DNA of 64,000 nt from an uncultured Gammaproteobacteria bacterium. GTDB lineage: Bacteria; Patescibacteriota; Patescibacteriia; Patescibacteriales; GWC2-42-12. Of this stretch, positions 60,115-64,000 are shown piece by piece (the first letter of the stretch is position 1; every line of letters starts with the position of its first letter). Made by a program: the position numbers and the translations under genes. Under the pieces are notes generated by a model. That model was not told where the DNA came from. It made no database searches and worked only from the letters and a program-made list of their open reading frames with translations. The stretch covers positions 29,530 through 93,529 of the forward strand of contig CAZHZE010000003.1 in the NCBI GenBank assembly GCA_964537265.1. The letters run 5' to 3'.

Positions 60115-60951
60115 TTACAATAATTTATAATCTGAAATCCCTTTTAAAATACTTTTAAATTTTTTTATTTTATTATTTTCAAATAAAACTATAAAAATAA
60201 ATTCCCGAATTAACGCGCGCCTGTTTTCTTTATAAAAAATAGGAAAAGTTTTTTTATATTTACTCATTAAATAAAGCCTATTCCTAGTAATATAATATCT
60301 TCTCTCGGCGCTATGGTTAGTCACTAAAAAATTAAAATGTTTAGTTATTCTACCTAAATTATGGTTAAGCACGGCCTTATTAATTCTAATTACTTTATAA
60401 CCAAGAAAATTAAGCCTTAGACAATAATCATGGTCGATGTAATCATTTTTTAGAACCTCGTTAAAAGGTCCAATCTTACTATTAACTGCTAAATTTAATA
60501 AATTGCCGGAGTTCATACTAGTTAATATCTGTTCAATATTAGAAGGACGTTCAGCTATATTTTCAAATTTATTTAATTGTAATGGTGCAACTACGCCGAT
60601 TTGCGTAATGTCATTATTATAAATATAACCGAGCATCATCTCTAAAGAACCGGTAGTAAATTCACTGTCATGATCCATAGTCAAAAGCCAATCGTATTCT
60701 CGCTGTTTTGCAAAATTTATACCATAATTTATTGCCGCCGCCAAACCTAAATTTTTATTATTGGCGACATATATAACCTTAGAAAAATTTTTTATACTAT
60801 TTACGATTTCTTCGTTAGCTTTTTCGGAATTATCTATAACTAATAGAACATCAAGCTGATTTATGTAAGTTTTAATATTTTCTATAATATCATTCGGAGG
60901 ATTATATAATACTACCAACCCGGCAATTTTTAATTTTTTCTGGCTTAACAT
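60115..60951 (-). CDS. glycosyltransferase family 2 (rhamnosyltransferase-like)
   Basis: The segments VVLYNP, VIDNSE and TMDHDS are present. The gene lies next to the dTDP-rhamnose genes. Confidence 0.75.
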   Translation of the reverse strand: MLSQKKLKIAGLVVLYNPPNDIIENIKTYINQLDVLLVIDNSEKANEEIVNSIKNFSKVIYVANNKNLGLAAAINYGINFAKQREYDWLLTMDHDSEFTTGSLEMMLGYIYNNDITQIGVVAPLQLNKFENIAERPSNIEQILTSMNSGNLLNLAVNSKIGPFNEVLKNDYIDHDYCLRLNFLGYKVIRINKAVLNHNLGRITKHFNFLVTNHSAERRYYITRNRLYLMSKYKKTFPIFYKENRRALIREFIFIVLFENNKIKKFKSILKGISDYKLL

Positions 60952-60970
60952 TTATTTAACATTACAAAAA

Positions 60971-61987
60971 TTATTTCATAAATCTCTCAATCTCTTTTAT
61001 ATTAAAGCTAATTTTTAGGCGCTCTCGCCTCTTATTTATTTCTGACCTGATTTCCCAAAGTTTTATTAATTCTTTAAATAAATACTGCTCAAAAAACAAT
61101 GCAAAAATTAAACTTTTGAATTGATACCAGGCGGTAGCTAATTTAACGCTGAAAGAAAAAGGCAGATTTTTTAATTTAAGAAGTAAAATCCATTGATTCA
61201 AAAATGACCATTGCTTAACCGCTTTATTTTTATTTTTTCTATTTAAAGCAATAGCTAAATTAGATTCGCCTTTTGCGGCAACTGTTCTATTATGATAAGC
61301 GACAGCGTTTGGCGCTAAAATAATTTTCCAACCGGCTAGCCTTAATCGATATGATAAATCGCAATCTTCTTTATACATAAACATCAATTCGTCAAAATAT
61401 TCTTCATGTTTTCCATTATTAAAAGCAACTTCTCTTAAAGCTTTTAAATTAAGGAGTACGGCCGCGCCGGTAAAACCAAATACTTCGAAAATATTATTTT
61501 TAGCTTTATCGTCAATTTCGCCCTGATTATAATCAAAAAAACGATGTTCTTTATTTAAGGCTAAACCTAGGCTATCTATTTGATTAGTTTTTTTATTATT
61601 TTCAAAATCCCATTTTAAAATTTTTGCCTGCGCGGCACCGCAATTTTCCGTATTTTCCATAGCTTTAATTAATTGCTCTACCATATCCGCCTCAAAAATC
61701 ATGTCAATATTTAGCGGTAAAAAATATTCAGCTCCTTCTTTAACCGCCTGAGTTATCATTAAATTAAAAGCTTTAGAAAAACCTAAGTTTTTGCCAACCC
61801 ACTTTAAATCAATTTCGGAAAAATTTTCTTTAATGTATTTAGCATTGTCATTTTCTTCTATTTCGCTATTGTCAATGGCTAAAATTTTAAAATCTTTAAA
61901 AGTTTGCTTCTTAAGGCTTGGCAAAAAATACGGCAAATACTTTGCCGTAATTTCTCCGTAAGTTATAAAACCTATATATAAACGCAT
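60971..61987 (-). CDS. glycosyltransferase family 2
   Basis: The segments AIDNSE and YKEDCDLSYR indicate a GT-A fold. Confidence 0.78.
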   Translation of the reverse strand: MRLYIGFITYGEITAKYLPYFLPSLKKQTFKDFKILAIDNSEIEENDNAKYIKENFSEIDLKWVGKNLGFSKAFNLMITQAVKEGAEYFLPLNIDMIFEADMVEQLIKAMENTENCGAAQAKILKWDFENNKKTNQIDSLGLALNKEHRFFDYNQGEIDDKAKNNIFEVFGFTGAAVLLNLKALREVAFNNGKHEEYFDELMFMYKEDCDLSYRLRLAGWKIILAPNAVAYHNRTVAAKGESNLAIALNRKNKNKAVKQWSFLNQWILLLKLKNLPFSFSVKLATAWYQFKSLIFALFFEQYLFKELIKLWEIRSEINKRRERLKISFNIKEIERFMK

Positions 61988-61994
61988 ACAGCGG

Positions 61995-62720
61995 TTAGAT
62001 TATTAATTTATCCTGTAATTTTTCTTTGGCTAAATTTTGCGCTTTTAACAAACTGTCAAAAGTACCGGCGTCAATCCATTCACCCTTTACCATCGCTACG
62101 TCGAGTTCTCCTTTTTCTAAATACCAATTATGCAAATCGGTAATTTCCAACTCGCCGCGTTCGCTCGGCCTTACTTCTTTAGCCGCCTCAACTACTCGGT
62201 TATCAAAAACATATAAACCGGTTAAAGCATAATCACTAATCCATTTTTTAGGTTTTTCTTCAATTTTAACGGCTTTCATATTATCATCAAATTTAACTAC
62301 ACCGAATCTTTCCGGATCGCTTACTTTTTTTGCAAAAACTTTGCCGCCGCTTTTAAAATTCTTAATTTCCTGGCTTAAATCATCTTCAAAAATATTATCT
62401 CCTAAAATCATAGTAACATTATCCTTGTCGATAAAATTTTCCCCAATAACAAAAGCGTCGGCTAAGCCTCGCGGCTTATCCTGGATCTCATAAATAAATT
62501 TAACGCCAAATTCCTTGCCGCTACCCAATAAATTTAAATAATCGCCGGCTCTTTCCGGAGCAATAATAATTAAAATTTCTTTAATGCCGGCTTTAATCAA
62601 AGTATTAAGAGGATAATAAATCATCGGCCGATTATAAACCGGCAATAATTGCTTAGAAGTAATTTTAGTGCATGGTCTAAGTCTAGTGGCGCTACCGCCT
62701 GATAAAATAATTCCTTTCAT
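61995..62720 (-). CDS. rfbA: glucose-1-phosphate thymidylyltransferase (short-form sugar nucleotidyltransferase)
   Basis: The segments MKGIILSGGSATRLRPCTKITSKQLLPVYNRPMIYYPL and LGDNIF are present. The gene is adjacent to rmlD and rmlB. Confidence 0.8.
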   Translation of the reverse strand: MKGIILSGGSATRLRPCTKITSKQLLPVYNRPMIYYPLNTLIKAGIKEILIIIAPERAGDYLNLLGSGKEFGVKFIYEIQDKPRGLADAFVIGENFIDKDNVTMILGDNIFEDDLSQEIKNFKSGGKVFAKKVSDPERFGVVKFDDNMKAVKIEEKPKKWISDYALTGLYVFDNRVVEAAKEVRPSERGELEITDLHNWYLEKGELDVAMVKGEWIDAGTFDSLLKAQNLAKEKLQDKLII

Positions 62721-62732
62721 AATAAAAATTTA

Positions 62733-62762
62733 TTGCCATTGTTTAATCGCTCGCAATGGCAG
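62733..62762. repeat. short hairpin carrying the shared 16-mer tcgctcgcaatggcag
   Basis: The stem joins tgccattg (62733-62740) to caatggca (62754-61) with a 13-nt loop. It lies in the 52-nt rmlD-rmlA spacer. Confidence 0.5.
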
Positions 62763-62772
62763 TATGTTTAAT

Positions 62773-63630
62773 TTATTTATTTAAATATTCTTTTAATGCT
62801 TCTCGATAATCTCTAAGCTCGGTAAATTTTGTATTAAGTAATATGGAATATTTGGGCCGTTTCGCCGGTCGGGCTAATTCTTCAGATTTGATTGGCTCAA
62901 TTTTTACATTCTGACCGGTTATTTTAAATAACTCTATCGCAGCATCATACCAACTGCCTGAGCCGGTATTAGTTATATGATAAATGCCATAACCATAATC
63001 TTTATTAACTAATTCTTTAGTGGCTTTAGCTAAATCGGGAGTATAAGTATAACAACTTACTTCAGAATTAACCGCTTTTAATTGCGGTTCACTTTTACTC
63101 TTTTCTAACATAATATCAAAAAAACTAATTTTAGATACTTCGCTTTCGCTTTTTGGGCCGAATAATTTTGAAGTCCTGATTAAATACCATTTTAAACCTT
63201 TGCCGCTAAGTTCTAAAATTCTTTTCTCGCCATGGAATTTAGTTTTGCCGTAACGATTAATAGGTTTTTGTTCATCAGTTTCAATATAGCCGCGCTTCTT
63301 TTTACCTTCAAAAACATAATCAGTAGAATAATGAACTAGCGTAGCGCCAATTTTTAAACAAGCTTCGGCTAAAAATTTCGGCCCGTCAATATTTATTTTT
63401 TTAGCTAAATCATATTCTTCTTCGCTGGTTTCGCATTTGTCAACTGCATTATAGGCCGTAGCATTAATAATTAATTCCGGTTTTATATCATTAACTTTTT
63501 TAAGAATTAATTCTCTATCGCTAACGTCAATTTCTCCTCTATCCCAAGCAATAACATCATTATCAGGCGAAAAGACTTTTACTAATTGCTGACCCAAATT
63601 TCCCTTAGCTCCTAAAATTAATATTTTCAT
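62773..63630 (-). CDS. rfbD: dTDP-4-dehydrorhamnose reductase
   Basis: The Rossmann segment MKILILGAKGNLG, STDYVF and the catalytic YGKTK (YxxxK) are present. Length is 285 aa. Confidence 0.88.
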   Translation of the reverse strand: MKILILGAKGNLGQQLVKVFSPDNDVIAWDRGEIDVSDRELILKKVNDIKPELIINATAYNAVDKCETSEEEYDLAKKINIDGPKFLAEACLKIGATLVHYSTDYVFEGKKKRGYIETDEQKPINRYGKTKFHGEKRILELSGKGLKWYLIRTSKLFGPKSESEVSKISFFDIMLEKSKSEPQLKAVNSEVSCYTYTPDLAKATKELVNKDYGYGIYHITNTGSGSWYDAAIELFKITGQNVKIEPIKSEELARPAKRPKYSILLNTKFTELRDYREALKEYLNK

Positions 63631-63645
63631 AATAAAATAATTTTT

Positions 63646-64000
63646 TTATTTACCATATTGTTTTTCGTAATATTTTTGATAATTTCCGGACTTAATATTT
63701 TTCCACCAACTTTCATTATTTTTATACCATTCAATAGTTTTTCTTAAACCTTCTTCAAAAGAAATTTTTGGTTCCCAGCCTAATTCGTTTTTTATTTTAG
63801 AAAAATCAATGGCATATCTTCTGTCGTGTCCCGGGCGATCTTTTACATATTCTATTGAACTTTCGTCTTTACCCATAAACTCAATTATTTTTTTGGTAAT
63901 TTCAATATTTGGTTTTTCGCTATTTCCGCCAATACAATAAGTCTCGCCTACTTTGCCTTTTTTTAAAATAAAATCAATTGCTTCACAATGATCTTCAACA
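63646..64000 (-). CDS. rfbB: dTDP-glucose 4,6-dehydratase, C-terminal part (5' end outside the window)
   Basis: The track ORF starts at an internal Met at 63876. Hand translation shows the frame stays open to the window edge (VEDHCEAIDFILKKGKVGETYCIGGNSEKPNIEITKKIIEFMGKDES...DRPGHDRRYAID). Confidence 0.88.
   Translation of the reverse strand, partial: VEDHCEAIDFILKKGKVGETYCIGGNSEKPNIEITKKIIEFMGKDESSIEYVKDRPGHDRRYAIDFSKIKNELGWEPKISFEEGLRKTIEWYKNNESWWKNIKSGNYQKYYEKQYGK

Overview
This is an AT-rich, gene-dense window; I did not compute GC. I call 59 protein genes, 53 of them on the minus strand, plus one tRNA-Gln(CUG). No rRNA, CRISPR array, transposase or integrase was found. The content resembles a small-genome Patescibacteria/CPR-type bacterium, which is an inference from several observations. 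Of about 25 start codons checked by eye, only two have a Shine-Dalgarno motif. Terminator and promoter modules are compact. There are many large secreted or membrane-anchored hypothetical proteins with thrombospondin-type-3 (TSP3) Ca-binding repeats. PduL, DUF4012, DUF4349 and a T4SS-coupling-protein-like ATPase are also present. Recognisable housekeeping genes are mreB, dnaX, gdh, cysS, dus, rplJ-rplL with a leader/attenuator, mltG and mutM. Others are galU, rmlB (partial), rmlD, rmlA, five GT2 glycosyltransferases, a MacAB-type and an ABC-2-type transporter, and a CorA-like/CaCA pair. Accessory content has four parts. (1) An m4C/m6A-type methyltransferase plus a putative restriction endonuclease sit at the left edge. 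(2) A tandemly duplicated two-gene surface-protein cassette spans 42.8-49.7 kb. It has a 1,647-bp near-identical core and different C-terminal tips. (3) Three families of long AT-rich intergenic hairpin elements are built from about 7-nt sub-repeats. One pair of arms encloses a four-helix-bundle (23S-rRNA-IVS-protein family) gene. (4) There is a perfect 186-bp in-frame tandem duplication and several smaller repeats. All protein family calls come from motif recognition by eye on the supplied translations. No database search, HMM or folding calculation was run. Coordinates of RNA hairpins and promoters were derived by hand.
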